DNA of 64,000 bases from Candidatus Hecatella orcuttiae (GCA_002011035.2 MTLY02000003.1:32001-96000); one strand, 5' to 3'; positions 18,465 through 28,842 are shown, counted from the stretch's first letter. Numbers and translations: made by a program. Notes: generated from the letters alone by a model not told the origin.

Positions 18465-18639
18465 GGTGATCCTACCGACGGAGCAGCCTAAATCCTATTG
18501 GGACACTGGAGTCTATTAACTTTTCCCGTCAGCCTTAAGCGTTAACGATATTAGTTTCTTTAAAAGTTATTTTAAAAAATTTGGGGCGGCGGGGGTACTG
18601 CGGTCTTCAAGGCTTAAGATTTTTTGGGATGAAGGCATC

Positions 18640-19605
18640 GTGGTTAAGGTCGGTGATTCATCCCTGTGCTTCGACCCTCAAACATCCAAGCCCTCCTATC
18701 CGCATGTTTTCATCTCCCATGCCCACGGCGACCATACTGACGGCTTCAAGTCTCCTCGGCCAACCAAGTACTCAACCCACGCCACTGTCTCCATCTACGA
18801 AACTGTTTTCGGGAGAAAGGTGGAAAAAATCAAAAAGCTAAACTACGGGGACAAGTTCAAGGTCGACGGATTCGAGATCCAGCTTTTCGATTCAGGGCAT
18901 ATCTTAGGCTCCGCAGCCTTCAGCGTTCACACAGGAGAAGGTTTAGTGGTCTACACCGGTGACCTTAACTGCGTTGACACCCTCGTCTCCAAGGCTGCGC
19001 AGCTCGTCTCCTGCGACATCCTCATCATAGAATCCACCTACGGGAGAGCTGAATTCTCCTTTCCCTCCCGAGATTTCCTTTACCGGAAAATGGTTCAGTG
19101 GGTTGTGGAAAAAGTGAATGAGGGGCGAATTCCCGTGTTCTATGTTTATCCCATCGGAAAAGCCCAAGAAGTCATTCGGCTGCTTAACCGGTTTACGGAA
19201 ATCAAAGTTAAGGTTCACCCCCAAATTGCCAAGGTCAACGAAGCCTACACTCGCCTCAACGTTAAACTTGAAGCGTCCCCCTGGGATGGAGTAGGAGAAA
19301 AATGCGTTGCAGTGTATCCAGTGCGTAGGCTTCGGAACGAGTTTGATGGGAGAAACCAAGTCGCGGCTCTAGCCACAGGCTGGGCTTTAAAGTTTACATC
19401 TCTCAGGGAGGGCGTCTTCCCCCTCAGCAGTCATGCTGACTTCCCTCAACTTCTCAACTATGTCAAGGAAGCTAAGCCTAAACTGGTCTACACATGCTTC
19501 GGCTCCAACGTAGAACTGGCTGAAAGCATCAGGCGGAAGCTTGGCATCCCCGCTCAGCCGCTTCCCGCATCAGCGGGCAGCAAGTCCATGCCATCCTATT
19601 TTTAG
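18640..19605 (+). CDS. MBL-fold beta-CASP nuclease
   Basis: ISHAHGDH, SGHILGS, YTGDL, IESTYG, GKAQE, LSSHAD. Confidence 0.88.
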   Translation: MVKVGDSSLCFDPQTSKPSYPHVFISHAHGDHTDGFKSPRPTKYSTHATVSIYETVFGRKVEKIKKLNYGDKFKVDGFEIQLFDSGHILGSAAFSVHTGEGLVVYTGDLNCVDTLVSKAAQLVSCDILIIESTYGRAEFSFPSRDFLYRKMVQWVVEKVNEGRIPVFYVYPIGKAQEVIRLLNRFTEIKVKVHPQIAKVNEAYTRLNVKLEASPWDGVGEKCVAVYPVRRLRNEFDGRNQVAALATGWALKFTSLREGVFPLSSHADFPQLLNYVKEAKPKLVYTCFGSNVELAESIRRKLGIPAQPLPASAGSKSMPSYF

Positions 19606-19621
19606 GTCTGGGGCCTCGGTG

Positions 19622-20488
19622 TTAGAGTAGCACGTCTAAGATTATGGCTAGAAACAGCAGCCCCAAGTAGGGGCTGGAATATTTGTACACGATCCAAGCA
19701 TTTTTTCCAGTGGGCTGAAGGGCGAGGAAGACGTTCAAAGTCAATATGGCAGCGCCCAGCCCGAGGGCGGAAAAGAGATAACCCCATCCTAATCCGTCTG
19801 TCATGTAGAGTAGGAAGGAAAAGGCTACCAGTAGAGTTGAGGTGAAGGCTATGCACCGGACGGCTTTCTTCTCCTCCACCAGGGTGGGAAGCATGGGAAC
19901 TTTCGCCCTCCGATAGTCTTCTTTGAACCTTATGGCTAGGCTCCAGATGTGGGTGGGGATCCACAGAACCACCACGGCTGCCAGCAGAAACGCGGAGAGA
20001 GTTAATGTGCCTGTAACCGCAGCATAGCCCACCAGCACGGGGGCTCCTCCCGAGAAGCTTCCAAACAGAATGTTGAGGGGATTCTTCCTCTTCAAAAATC
20101 TGCTGTAGACTAGAACATTATCTAAGACAGCCAGAAAAATCAGGAAAGTGCAAAGTAGATTGACCGTGGAGGATGCGGCTAAGGATAAGGAGACCAGAAA
20201 AAGGCCTGAGTATAAGGCTTTTTCAGGAGGCGCTATCCTACCAGCGGGTAAAGGCCTCTTTTTCGTTCGAAGCATCTTCGAATCTACCTCCCTGTCCAAG
20301 TAGCTGGTAAGCATGTTGGCTCCTGCCGTAGCGCATGTTCCTGAGAATATCACAGCCACAAGGAGGGGCGTAGGATTGTGAAAAACCTCCTCGCCGACAG
20401 CGAAGATCGCGCCTCCGATTCCTGTGAAGAGGAGGAGAGCGATGCTCCGAGGTTTTGCGATTTCAACATAGGCTCGAAAGACCTGCAT
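19622..20488 (-). CDS. cyoE: Protoheme IX farnesyltransferase (heme O synthase)
   Basis: KPR, DREVDSKMLRTKKRPLPAG, WIPTHIWSLA..FKEDYRRA.VPMLP, YS..YL; multi-TM. Confidence 0.9.
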   Translation of the reverse strand: MQVFRAYVEIAKPRSIALLLFTGIGGAIFAVGEEVFHNPTPLLVAVIFSGTCATAGANMLTSYLDREVDSKMLRTKKRPLPAGRIAPPEKALYSGLFLVSLSLAASSTVNLLCTFLIFLAVLDNVLVYSRFLKRKNPLNILFGSFSGGAPVLVGYAAVTGTLTLSAFLLAAVVVLWIPTHIWSLAIRFKEDYRRAKVPMLPTLVEEKKAVRCIAFTSTLLVAFSFLLYMTDGLGWGYLFSALGLGAAILTLNVFLALQPTGKNAWIVYKYSSPYLGLLFLAIILDVLL

Positions 20489-20610
20489 TCCCGCATCCTC
20501 TTCTACGGCCAGCTCTTCTCTAGAAATATGATTTCCTCTGATAACTTTATCTGCATGACCGGTTTCCCATCAACGGTGAAAAGTTCAGAGTAAACCTGCG
20601 CCGGGTGTAG

Positions 20611-20859
20611 ATGGTGGCATTGAATTTGGAAGAGTGCTTGAAAAGTCCCCTATGGCCTCTACTGGTTGAAACAGCCCACGCCATTCCAACCTATCCCTAC
20701 CACAAAAGCTACGTCAGAGACGTCCTCCTCCGGGATAACCCAACTGTCGACGCTTCAGAAGTACATCTCCGCTTGGGCATCCCCCTAGGAGAGGCTTTGG
20801 TCATTCTCAACGAGTTGAAAACTCAAAAGTCAAACAAATCAGAGGACGGAGGGGGTTGA
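20611..20859 (+). CDS. Hypothetical protein (C-terminal HTH-like)
   Basis: ATG-initiated ORF filling the gap; RLGIPLGEALVIL helix pattern. Confidence 0.65.
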   Translation: MVALNLEECLKSPLWPLLVETAHAIPTYPYHKSYVRDVLLRDNPTVDASEVHLRLGIPLGEALVILNELKTQKSNKSEDGGG

Positions 20860-20875
20860 GGTTCTCCCAGCAGCC

Positions 20876-21253
20876 TTACTTTCTGCTCTGCTGCTTTTTC
20901 TGGTAGTCAGCTATGGCTGCATGCAACCCGTCGGCGGCTAGGTTGCTGCAGTGCATCTTGATGGGGGGCAGACCGCCTAGCGCCTGAGCTACGTCCATCT
21001 TGGAGATGCGGAGGGCTTCTTCCAGAGTTTTACCCTTAGCCATCTCCGTCACCATGCTGCTGGTGGCGATGGCCGCTCCGCAGCCGAAAGTCTTGAATTT
21101 CACATCCTCCAGCCGGCCGTCTTTGACTTTGATGTAGATGGTCATCAAGTCTCCGCACACGGGGTTTCCCACCCGGCCTACTCCGTCAGCGTCGGGGATC
21201 TCCCCCATGTTCCTAGGGTTGCGGAAATGCTCCATCACCTTCTCAGAATACAT
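20876..21253 (-). CDS. iscU: Fe-S cluster scaffold IscU/NifU
   Basis: GNPVCGD, FGCGAAIA, LPPIKMHCS. Confidence 0.95.
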   Translation of the reverse strand: MYSEKVMEHFRNPRNMGEIPDADGVGRVGNPVCGDLMTIYIKVKDGRLEDVKFKTFGCGAAIATSSMVTEMAKGKTLEEALRISKMDVAQALGGLPPIKMHCSNLAADGLHAAIADYQKKQQSRK

Positions 21254-21304
21254 GTCTGCACCCCCAGCTTACCCCCGGTCTTCCGCGTTTTCAAGCCTCC
21301 AACT

Positions 21305-22498
21305 TTAAGTCAGCTGCCTCTTTATTATAGGTTCTTCCCAGAGGGGAGACATCTCCCTTAGCCTGCAGACAACCTCGCACACAGCCTCCACCGCGTAGTC
21401 TACTTCCTCCTCGGTGTTCTCTCTTCCCAGCGTCAGCCTCAACGACCCTCGAGCTTCCACATCGTTCAGCCCTAGGGCCCTCAGGATGTGGGAAGGTTCG
21501 CTTTTCTTGGAGGAGCATGCGGAGCCGGTGGAGGCGGCTATGCCCTTCTCATCTAGGCCTAGGATGAGGGCTTCCCCCTCTATTCCCGCGAAGCCAAAGT
21601 GGGCGTTGTGAGGCAGTCTCTGCGTGGGATGGCCGTTAAGCCACGATTTCGGCAAGCCTTCGAGGATGCCTCGGATCAGTCTGTCCCTCAACCCGGTGAG
21701 ATATTTTCTGTCCTTCTCCATTCTCTGGGCAGCCAGCTCAGCGGCTTTTCCCAAGCCCACGATGCCGGGGATGTTTTCTGTTCCTGAACGGAGGTTTTTT
21801 TCATGGCCTCCGCCATGGAGGAGAGGCATGGGGGCGAGGTTTCCTTGAACGTAGAGAGCTCCCACGCCTTTAGGGCCGTGGATTTTGTGGCTGGAGAGGG
21901 AGAGCATGTTCACGTTCATTCTCTTCACGTCCACCGGTATCTTCCCCACCGACTGAACAGCGTCTGTGTGGAAAAGTACACCTTTCTCCCGGGCTATCTC
22001 GCCTATTTCCTCCAGAGGCTGAACGGTGCCTATTTCGTTGTTGGCGTGCTGAATGGTTACAAGAACCGTGGCAGGGCTGATGGCCTTCTCCAACATTGCC
22101 AAATCCACGAGGCCTTCCCTGTTCACAGGGAGATATTCCACCTGAAAGCCTAAACTTTCCAGATAGCGGCAGCTCTCCAACACTGCAGGGTGCTCCACCC
22201 GGCTAGTGACCACATGGGGGCCTCCGGGTTTTTTCCCCTGCGCGAGCACTAGGCCTTTGATGGCTAGGTTGTCAGATTCTGTGCCTCCGGAGGTAAAGAC
22301 GATCTCCCTCTCCTCAGCCCCTATCAACTCGGCCACACTTCGCCGGGCGGCCTCTAGGGCTTCATGGGCCTCCCGGCCGAAGCGGTGTAGGCTGGAGGCG
22401 TTTCCAAACCGCTCAGAAAAGTAGGGCAGCATGGCTTGAACCACTTCAGGGTCTACGGGGGTGGTGGCCGCGTGGTCTAAGTAGATTCTCCTAGGCAA
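21305..22498 (-). CDS. iscS: Cysteine desulfurase, IscS/NifS type
   Basis: YLDHAATTP, SSHKIHGPKG, STGSACSS. Confidence 0.95.
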   Translation of the reverse strand: MPRRIYLDHAATTPVDPEVVQAMLPYFSERFGNASSLHRFGREAHEALEAARRSVAELIGAEEREIVFTSGGTESDNLAIKGLVLAQGKKPGGPHVVTSRVEHPAVLESCRYLESLGFQVEYLPVNREGLVDLAMLEKAISPATVLVTIQHANNEIGTVQPLEEIGEIAREKGVLFHTDAVQSVGKIPVDVKRMNVNMLSLSSHKIHGPKGVGALYVQGNLAPMPLLHGGGHEKNLRSGTENIPGIVGLGKAAELAAQRMEKDRKYLTGLRDRLIRGILEGLPKSWLNGHPTQRLPHNAHFGFAGIEGEALILGLDEKGIAASTGSACSSKKSEPSHILRALGLNDVEARGSLRLTLGRENTEEEVDYAVEAVCEVVCRLREMSPLWEEPIIKRQLT

Positions 22499-22574
22499 AG
22501 CTTCTTAAACCCCCAAAAAACCTGCGGGTAGATTGGATGGTTTTCTTCTCCAACCTACCCTAACTATAACGCGG

Positions 22575-23228
22575 TTATAAGTCTATCGACCTACCGACCG
22601 CCGGAGAGGAGTCTGCTTTTAACTGTTGAAAGAGTTTCCTGCGATACTCCGCCTCCAAGTAGCCGGCTTTGTAAAGGTGGTTGAAAAGCTCGCTGACCTT
22701 GAGGAAGGAATGCAGCTTAATTCCCTTGGAGGCAAGGTTTCTTGCTCCCCCCTCCTCCCTGTCTATAAGAACGAGGGCGTAGGGGGTTTTCCCTCCCACC
22801 TCCCACACGGCCTCCGCGGCCTCCAAAACCGACTTACCGGTGGTGATGAGATCGTCCACGAGGAGCACCGAATCCCCCGGCTTCACCGAACCTTCCACCC
22901 GTTTCCCCCGACCCCAAGCCTTCGCCTCTTTCCTCACGTAGATCAGAGGCTTCCGAAGGTTGAAGGCTAAAACTGAGGCGAAAGTCATACCGGCGGTGGG
23001 GATACCTGCCACCGAGTTAAAATTTTTTAAGCCGATTTTTTTAGCCTCCTCACCGTAGAGACGGGCAATCTTCCGGAAAGCCTGAGGGTGGCTGGGCACA
23101 ATCCTCAAGTCGATGTAGTAGAAGCTTTCCCTGCCGCTGGTCAGCTTGAAGGAGCCGAATTTCACGGCTTCTACTTCAGCTAGGAGGAGGGAGATTTCCC
23201 GTTTGAGAGAACGGAGCTTCCCTTTCAT
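22575..23228 (-). CDS. pyrE: Orotate phosphoribosyltransferase
   Basis: FKLTSGRES.YYIDLR, VRKEAK, LVDDLITTG. Confidence 0.93.
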   Translation of the reverse strand: MKGKLRSLKREISLLLAEVEAVKFGSFKLTSGRESFYYIDLRIVPSHPQAFRKIARLYGEEAKKIGLKNFNSVAGIPTAGMTFASVLAFNLRKPLIYVRKEAKAWGRGKRVEGSVKPGDSVLLVDDLITTGKSVLEAAEAVWEVGGKTPYALVLIDREEGGARNLASKGIKLHSFLKVSELFNHLYKAGYLEAEYRRKLFQQLKADSSPAVGRSIDL

Positions 23229-23290
23229 GTTGAACCGCTCGAAATAAAAATAAACTCCCACCCTATAAAGATAAGACCGAGGTAGGCTGG

Positions 23291-24577
23291 ATGGTTGAAG
23301 TATGGATTCCCTACGGGATCACGGAAGTATGTCTTACGGCACCCGCTGAAAACTTTTTGGGCACCATAGAGCCTAAGCTCCACCCTCAAACCCCAGTGGA
23401 GGCTGAGGCTGAACTGCGAAAAGCCTTGGAGAACCCCCTTCGAACTCCTAGGCTTAGGGAACTTGTCAAAGCCGGAGACAAGGTGGCCATAGCCATCGAC
23501 GGCGATGCGGAGTTTCTTCCCTTGCAGGCTCTGTTTTCTCTTTTAAGAGAAGAGTTAAAGGAAGGCGGTGTCCTAACTTCCGACATCACTGTTTTCTTCG
23601 GCCGAGGTTTGATGAAACCCCCCACCTCTGAGTGGGTTTCAGGTTTGCTGGGGGAAGCTGGAGGAGAAATGCGGATAGAGGTTCACGACCCCTCAGACGC
23701 TGAAAACTTGGTGGAGCTGGGAACCACCAGCTACAGGACGAGGGTTTTCGTCAACAGGAGGTTTTCCCAAGCGGATGTCAAAATTGCCCTCGGAAGGATA
23801 GGACTCCACACCTACGCCGGCTACAGCGGAGGCGCGCAGGCCGTCCTGAACGCCGTCGGCGGGCTGAGGACTCTTCAGCACAATTATTCCCTCGCCTTCG
23901 ACCCCAGGGCTGAAGTCGGCCGGCTGGCGGAAAACCCCGTCCACTTGGATGGGGTGGAAACGGCTAGAATGGTAGGGGTTGATTTCGCAGTAAACCTGCT
24001 GACCGACGAGGCACGCCAACCTTTGAAGGCTTTCGCTGGAAGCTTGGAAGCCAGTTTCCACGAGGGAGTTGAGGCCGCAAGAAGCTTGTGGGAGGTTCCC
24101 GTAGGGAAGAAAGCCGGCATCATCGCCGTCAGCCCGGGAGGTCATCCCTACGACGTGAGCCTCTACGAGGCTCAAGACGCCCTGCTGCGGGTGATGGGTA
24201 TCCTCGACGAGGAGGCGGTGGTGGTCTTCGCCGCGGAGTGCAGCCAAGGATTCGGCGGCTTCGAATACTTGGAATGGATCGATGAAACTAGGACTCTCGA
24301 CGACGTTAGGGAGCTGCTGAGAAAAGGTCCTGTCTACGGCTTCCACAAGGTCTTCCAGCTTAGGAACAGTCTTCAAAAAGCCCGGGTGATAGCCGTCACA
24401 GCCCTCCCGGAGAACATCACTTCAAACCTTTTCGGGTTTCGGACAGCCCGCTCGGTGGGGGACGCCATGGAAACAGCTTTCAGGCTGGCGGGGAGAAAAT
24501 CCAAGGTCTGGGTTGTTCCCCGCGCCATGAAGGTTCTGCCTGTTTTCTCACCACAAGATGACAGCGCTCAAGGCTAG
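23291..24577 (+). CDS. LarA (nickel-pincer racemase/epimerase) family, degenerate active site
   Basis: IPYG, ALENP, GTTS..T.V.VN, HTYAGYSGG, SPGGHPYD, AECSQGFG. Confidence 0.8.
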   Translation: MVEVWIPYGITEVCLTAPAENFLGTIEPKLHPQTPVEAEAELRKALENPLRTPRLRELVKAGDKVAIAIDGDAEFLPLQALFSLLREELKEGGVLTSDITVFFGRGLMKPPTSEWVSGLLGEAGGEMRIEVHDPSDAENLVELGTTSYRTRVFVNRRFSQADVKIALGRIGLHTYAGYSGGAQAVLNAVGGLRTLQHNYSLAFDPRAEVGRLAENPVHLDGVETARMVGVDFAVNLLTDEARQPLKAFAGSLEASFHEGVEAARSLWEVPVGKKAGIIAVSPGGHPYDVSLYEAQDALLRVMGILDEEAVVVFAAECSQGFGGFEYLEWIDETRTLDDVRELLRKGPVYGFHKVFQLRNSLQKARVIAVTALPENITSNLFGFRTARSVGDAMETAFRLAGRKSKVWVVPRAMKVLPVFSPQDDSAQG

Positions 24578-25714
24578 GATGACATAGGCCAGGACGCCCA
24601 AAACCTTCTTCTTAGGGGAGAGAGGCGACACCTCATCCAGCGGGCCTATGCCTCTGCCCTGAGCCATGAGGAATAGAATCAGCAAGCCGAAAAACCAAAA
24701 CCCGGTGGCGAAAGCTATGAGCATGCCTGCCATGGATGCAACCCTATGGCCTTTTTCCCCAAACATGGCGTTGGCGATATGGCCTCCGTCCAGCTGCCAT
24801 ATGGGCAGAAGGTTGAGGAAAGTTATGACGAAGCCCAGCCACGCGGCTAACCCGATGGGCGGAACCAAGGCCACATAACCCAAGGGCGCCTCCGGGTTTA
24901 CCAAGGAGCTGAGCAGCAGCCAAGCTAAGGAGGGAGGCATCTCAAGGAGGAAGGCTCCCTGCGCCTCCAACTGCTTTAAGAAGGCCTCATCCACTAGGTG
25001 GGCGGTTTGGAGAGATAGGTAAGCCACCACTAGGGTGACGGCGAAGCCTGTGAGAGGACCGCTGATCCCCAGCTCGAAGAGCTGGTCTCGGTTGATGGGC
25101 GGCTCCTTCTGCATTATCACCGCCCCGAAGGTTCCGAAGCCTATGGGGAAAGGGGGTCCTGGGATGAAGTAGGGAACCGTAGCCTCCAAGCCTCTCCTCA
25201 TGCTTAGGGTTTTGTGGCCCAGCTCATGGAGGCCTACGATGCCCAGCAGGGCGGCGGTGAAGTAGAGGGAGTGGATGAAAACGTCCTCTCCGAAGAGCTC
25301 AGCCCAGGAAACCGAGTTGAAGTAGCCGCTGGCGAAGATGGTGCCGAAGGTTACGAGGAAAAGAATCAGAGGCAGCCTTCCCCCTCTCCCCGGCTTTCTC
25401 TGGGGTTTGGGGAAAACCTGGATGACCGTCCGCCCGGCTCTCCTTCGGAGAAAGGGCATGAGGCCGTAGGGCTTCATCTTATGGACGAGGTGTTCAAAGG
25501 CTTCCTTGGATGAATCCCTCAGGTGAACGATGAAGATGGGGACGTCGAACTCGAACATGGAAGCCTCCACGTAGAACTCTGAGGCTACAAGGCTGTGCAT
25601 CTCCCTCAAGGTAAGAGGGGGGGAAACTGCAGAGTCAAAGGGGCTGTAGCCCATAGGTTTTCGACCGCAGGGAGTTTTCTCCTTCAGAATGCCTTTGAAA
25701 GCAAAGGCGGACAT
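24548..25714 (-). CDS. Site-2 protease (M50 family)
   Basis: HELGH, GTFGAVI, NLLPIWQLDGGH; true start probably downstream of ORF-track start. Confidence 0.92.
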   Translation of the reverse strand: MSAFAFKGILKEKTPCGRKPMGYSPFDSAVSPPLTLREMHSLVASEFYVEASMFEFDVPIFIVHLRDSSKEAFEHLVHKMKPYGLMPFLRRRAGRTVIQVFPKPQRKPGRGGRLPLILFLVTFGTIFASGYFNSVSWAELFGEDVFIHSLYFTAALLGIVGLHELGHKTLSMRRGLEATVPYFIPGPPFPIGFGTFGAVIMQKEPPINRDQLFELGISGPLTGFAVTLVVAYLSLQTAHLVDEAFLKQLEAQGAFLLEMPPSLAWLLLSSLVNPEAPLGYVALVPPIGLAAWLGFVITFLNLLPIWQLDGGHIANAMFGEKGHRVASMAGMLIAFATGFWFFGLLILFLMAQGRGIGPLDEVSPLSPKKKVLGVLAYVILALSAVILW

Positions 25715-25791
25715 CCATTGGAATCCAGGAGTTGGATGTTAAATTAGATAGCCGGGAAGCTTAATAAAAAAGTTGTGAATTTGGTCTAGGT

Positions 25792-26364
25792 ATGGAGGTT
25801 AAGCTTCCCCCTTCCTCTCCTCCACCCTACAGGCTTCGAAGGTTCAAAGCCAGCGACCTAGACAGCGTCATGGCCATCAACCGAGCCTGCCTGCCGGAAA
25901 ACTACAGCGGAGCATTTTTCCTAGACCTCCACAAGGATGCCCCTCACTCTTTCATGGTGGCTGAGCATGAGGGCAGAGTGGTAGGCTACATCATGTGCAG
26001 GGTGGAGTTCGGCTTCTCTGAGCTTCAAAGGTTTAAAGTCTCTCGGAAGGGTCACATAATTTCCGTGGCCGTGCTGCCTGAGCATAGAAACCGGGGAGTA
26101 GGGCTGGCTTTGCTCACAGCCGCCCTCAAGGCTCTTCAAAGCCATTACAACTGCAGCGAAGCCTACTTGGAGGTTAGAGTCAGCAACCGGGAAGCCATCA
26201 ACCTTTACAGGAAGCTGGGGTTTAAACCCATGAAAACCGTTCAGGGATACTACCTCAACGGCGAAGCCGCCTCAGTCATGGGCCGCAGGCTGCCTTTGGA
26301 GAAGGAGGAGGAAGAACGCTTCCCCAAGGAGATAATCATCAGCCCTGAAGAAAATCAGCCTTAA
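25792..26364 (+). CDS. Archaeal N-terminal acetyltransferase (Ard1/RimI)
   Basis: CLPENY, GYIMCR, GHIISVAV, YLEVRVSN, YY.NGE. Confidence 0.9.
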   Translation: MEVKLPPSSPPPYRLRRFKASDLDSVMAINRACLPENYSGAFFLDLHKDAPHSFMVAEHEGRVVGYIMCRVEFGFSELQRFKVSRKGHIISVAVLPEHRNRGVGLALLTAALKALQSHYNCSEAYLEVRVSNREAINLYRKLGFKPMKTVQGYYLNGEAASVMGRRLPLEKEEEERFPKEIIISPEENQP

Positions 26365-27517
26365 AGTTCAGGCCCCGGGGAATAGGTTCTCCGGCTTTCA
26401 TGACCACTCTGCCATCCACTCGGAGCTCCCCTTTCTCCATTCCCTTTATCATGTCCAAGTGGGAGGAAGCCTTGTTTTTCCCGTGGTAGGCGCCTGTGTT
26501 GCTGCCGATAGCCAGGTGGATGGTTTTGTAGATTTTCTCGTCGATGATGATGCTTCCCCCTGTGTATTCGGCTCCGGGGTTGCAGCCGATTCCCAGCTCA
26601 GCGATCCTGTCCTTCTCCCCGGTGTTGGCGTTGAGAAACTTGGTGAAGACCTCTTCTCCCTCAGCCGCCCTGTAGCTGGAGATTTTCCCATCCTTAAACT
26701 CCAACCATAGGCCTCGAATCTTTCCGAAACCCGGAATGGCCACGTTCTCGAAGAAGATCCTACCGTTGGCGCTGGTTTCGATGGGAGCCACAAAGACCTC
26801 GCCGGAAGGAATGTTCAAGCCCACATCCCCCCGTTTCAGGTCTTCCTCGGAGATAACGGCGTCGTCGACGAGGATAGGCCTCCCCCTTATCTCGAAACTC
26901 AATTCCGTGCCATCCTCAGCTCTGATCTCCACGACTCCACCGCCTTCCAAGGCTTCTCTGTAAAAGTTGCAAAGGCTCTGCAGCTTGTCTGTGAAGGAGT
27001 TTCGGATGCTGTTGAAGAAGATGCTCCTAAACTTTTCCACTGGGCAGCCGTAGCCCTCCGCTGCTCCGGGAATAGGCCATCCCATGTAGGCCCATCGAAC
27101 CTTCCGGGCGTCTAGGATTTCTCTGAGTTTCTGCCGGTTGGGAGCGGTCAGCTTGATTCTTTCCGCGAGGTCCTTGGACCATTGGGGATCGTCTTCCTCC
27201 CCGATGAAGAGGGTTACGTCCACGGTTTCAACTAAAGCCTTGGCCAGGGGGTCCATTTCCCGGAGGGATTCCTCGGGTTTCAAGCTGTATTTCAGCTTCT
27301 CCCTCCCAGACCTGTAGGTCAGCGTCAGGGTGTGGGCGCCCACCTTCCAGCATTCTTCCTCCACCTTGAAGGCGAAGTCAACGCAGGTGGGGTCGGTGGC
27401 GTTGTAGAGGATTCTGACCGACTCGAAGCCTCCGTCAGGTTTTCTCCCGATCTTCAGAGATTCATTAACCAACGAGCGGGCTATGCTTTCTTTTTCTTCC
27501 TCGGTAAGTTCCGTCAT
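26339..27517 (-). CDS. M29 family aminopeptidase
   Basis: NIPSGEVF, IAELGIGCN, DEKI..TIHLAIG, HLDM. Confidence 0.88.
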   Translation of the reverse strand: MTELTEEEKESIARSLVNESLKIGRKPDGGFESVRILYNATDPTCVDFAFKVEEECWKVGAHTLTLTYRSGREKLKYSLKPEESLREMDPLAKALVETVDVTLFIGEEDDPQWSKDLAERIKLTAPNRQKLREILDARKVRWAYMGWPIPGAAEGYGCPVEKFRSIFFNSIRNSFTDKLQSLCNFYREALEGGGVVEIRAEDGTELSFEIRGRPILVDDAVISEEDLKRGDVGLNIPSGEVFVAPIETSANGRIFFENVAIPGFGKIRGLWLEFKDGKISSYRAAEGEEVFTKFLNANTGEKDRIAELGIGCNPGAEYTGGSIIIDEKIYKTIHLAIGSNTGAYHGKNKASSHLDMIKGMEKGELRVDGRVVMKAGEPIPRGLNFKADFLQG

Positions 27518-27624
27518 GGTTTTCCTCTCCGCTGTGGGAATGTGGCAGAAAGACCTTTCACGCCATCCCATAAAAGTTTTAATCAACCTCGCCTTTCTAC
27601 TGCCTAACCCCTCTCAAGCGCAGG

Positions 27625-28842
27625 GTGTTATCTGTGAAGTTCGTCCTAGTCATCGGAGACGGTATGGCTGACCGTCCTGTGGAAAAATTTGGGGGAAAAA
27701 CCCCCTTGGAGGCAGCCCACCATCCCCACATGGATGAAATCGCCTCCAAAGGAACCTGCGGGCTGCTTCAAACCATCCCCCCCAAGGCGGCCACAGGCTC
27801 TGAGGCGGCTACGCTTTCCCTTCTAGGCTACAACCCGGAGAAATACTCCTTGGGAAGGGGGCCCCTAGAAGCCTTGGCAGTCGGAGCGCCCCTAGGCTGG
27901 GATGACGTAGCCTTCCGGTGTAACCTCGTAACTGAGAGGGACGGAATCCTTGTAGACTACTCCGCCGGCCACATCACCACCGAGGAGGCTAGGGAGCTAA
28001 TCCAAGGCTTAAACCAGAAGCTCGGCCGAGGCGAGGTCGCCTTCTACCCTGGGCTTTCCTACCGGCATGTTCTCGTCCTCCGAGGGAGAAAATACTCCCC
28101 TGCAGTTCGCTGTTTTCCTCCCCACTCCTTTGTCGGCCACCCTGTTTCCACTCTTCCTGTTACCCCTCTTGCCGAGGAGGCTGAGGAGACAGCCCGGCTT
28201 CTCAACAGGCTCGCAGCTGAATCCAAAGCCCTCCTAACAAGCCACCCGGTGAACATGAGGAGGGCTGCGGAGGGCAAAAGCATGGGGAACATGGCCTGGT
28301 TCTGGGGTCCAGGTCGAAGGCCGCGTGTCCCCCTATTCCATGAGCTTCACGGCCTCCGGGGGGCGGTTATCTCGGCGGTGGACATCGTCAAAGGCATCGG
28401 ACTCTGCGCAGGCATGGAGTTGATAACCGTTCCCGGAGCCACAGGCTATTTTGACACCGACTACGAAGGGAAAGCAGACTACGCCCTCCGGGCTCTGGAG
28501 AAATATGACATGGTCATCGTCCATGTGGAGGCTCCGGATGAAGCAGGGCACCTAGGAGACTTCCACCTCAAAGTCAAGGCCATCGAAGACTTGGACAGGC
28601 GTCTTCTAGGCAGGCTGCTCAGCGGGCTTGAGGGCGACTACACCGTAGGCGTGGTAGCTGACCATGCCACTCCCGTGGAGGTGAGAACGCACACCCGCGA
28701 CCCCGTGCCCTTCGCCGTCTACCGCAAAGCCGAAGCCTCCTCCAAGCCGGCGAAGCGGTTCGACGAAGCCTCCGTCAAAAGCTTAGGGTTGCTGCTGGAG
28801 AGCGGAGAAGCTTTTATCCGCCTTTTTCTGGGCTTACCTTGA
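27625..28842 (+). CDS. apgM: Cofactor-independent phosphoglycerate mutase (ApgM family)
   Basis: IGDGMAD, GKTPLE, GS, GRGPLEA, DEAGH, ADHATP, HTRDPVP. Confidence 0.88.
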   Translation: MLSVKFVLVIGDGMADRPVEKFGGKTPLEAAHHPHMDEIASKGTCGLLQTIPPKAATGSEAATLSLLGYNPEKYSLGRGPLEALAVGAPLGWDDVAFRCNLVTERDGILVDYSAGHITTEEARELIQGLNQKLGRGEVAFYPGLSYRHVLVLRGRKYSPAVRCFPPHSFVGHPVSTLPVTPLAEEAEETARLLNRLAAESKALLTSHPVNMRRAAEGKSMGNMAWFWGPGRRPRVPLFHELHGLRGAVISAVDIVKGIGLCAGMELITVPGATGYFDTDYEGKADYALRALEKYDMVIVHVEAPDEAGHLGDFHLKVKAIEDLDRRLLGRLLSGLEGDYTVGVVADHATPVEVRTHTRDPVPFAVYRKAEASSKPAKRFDEASVKSLGLLLESGEAFIRLFLGLP

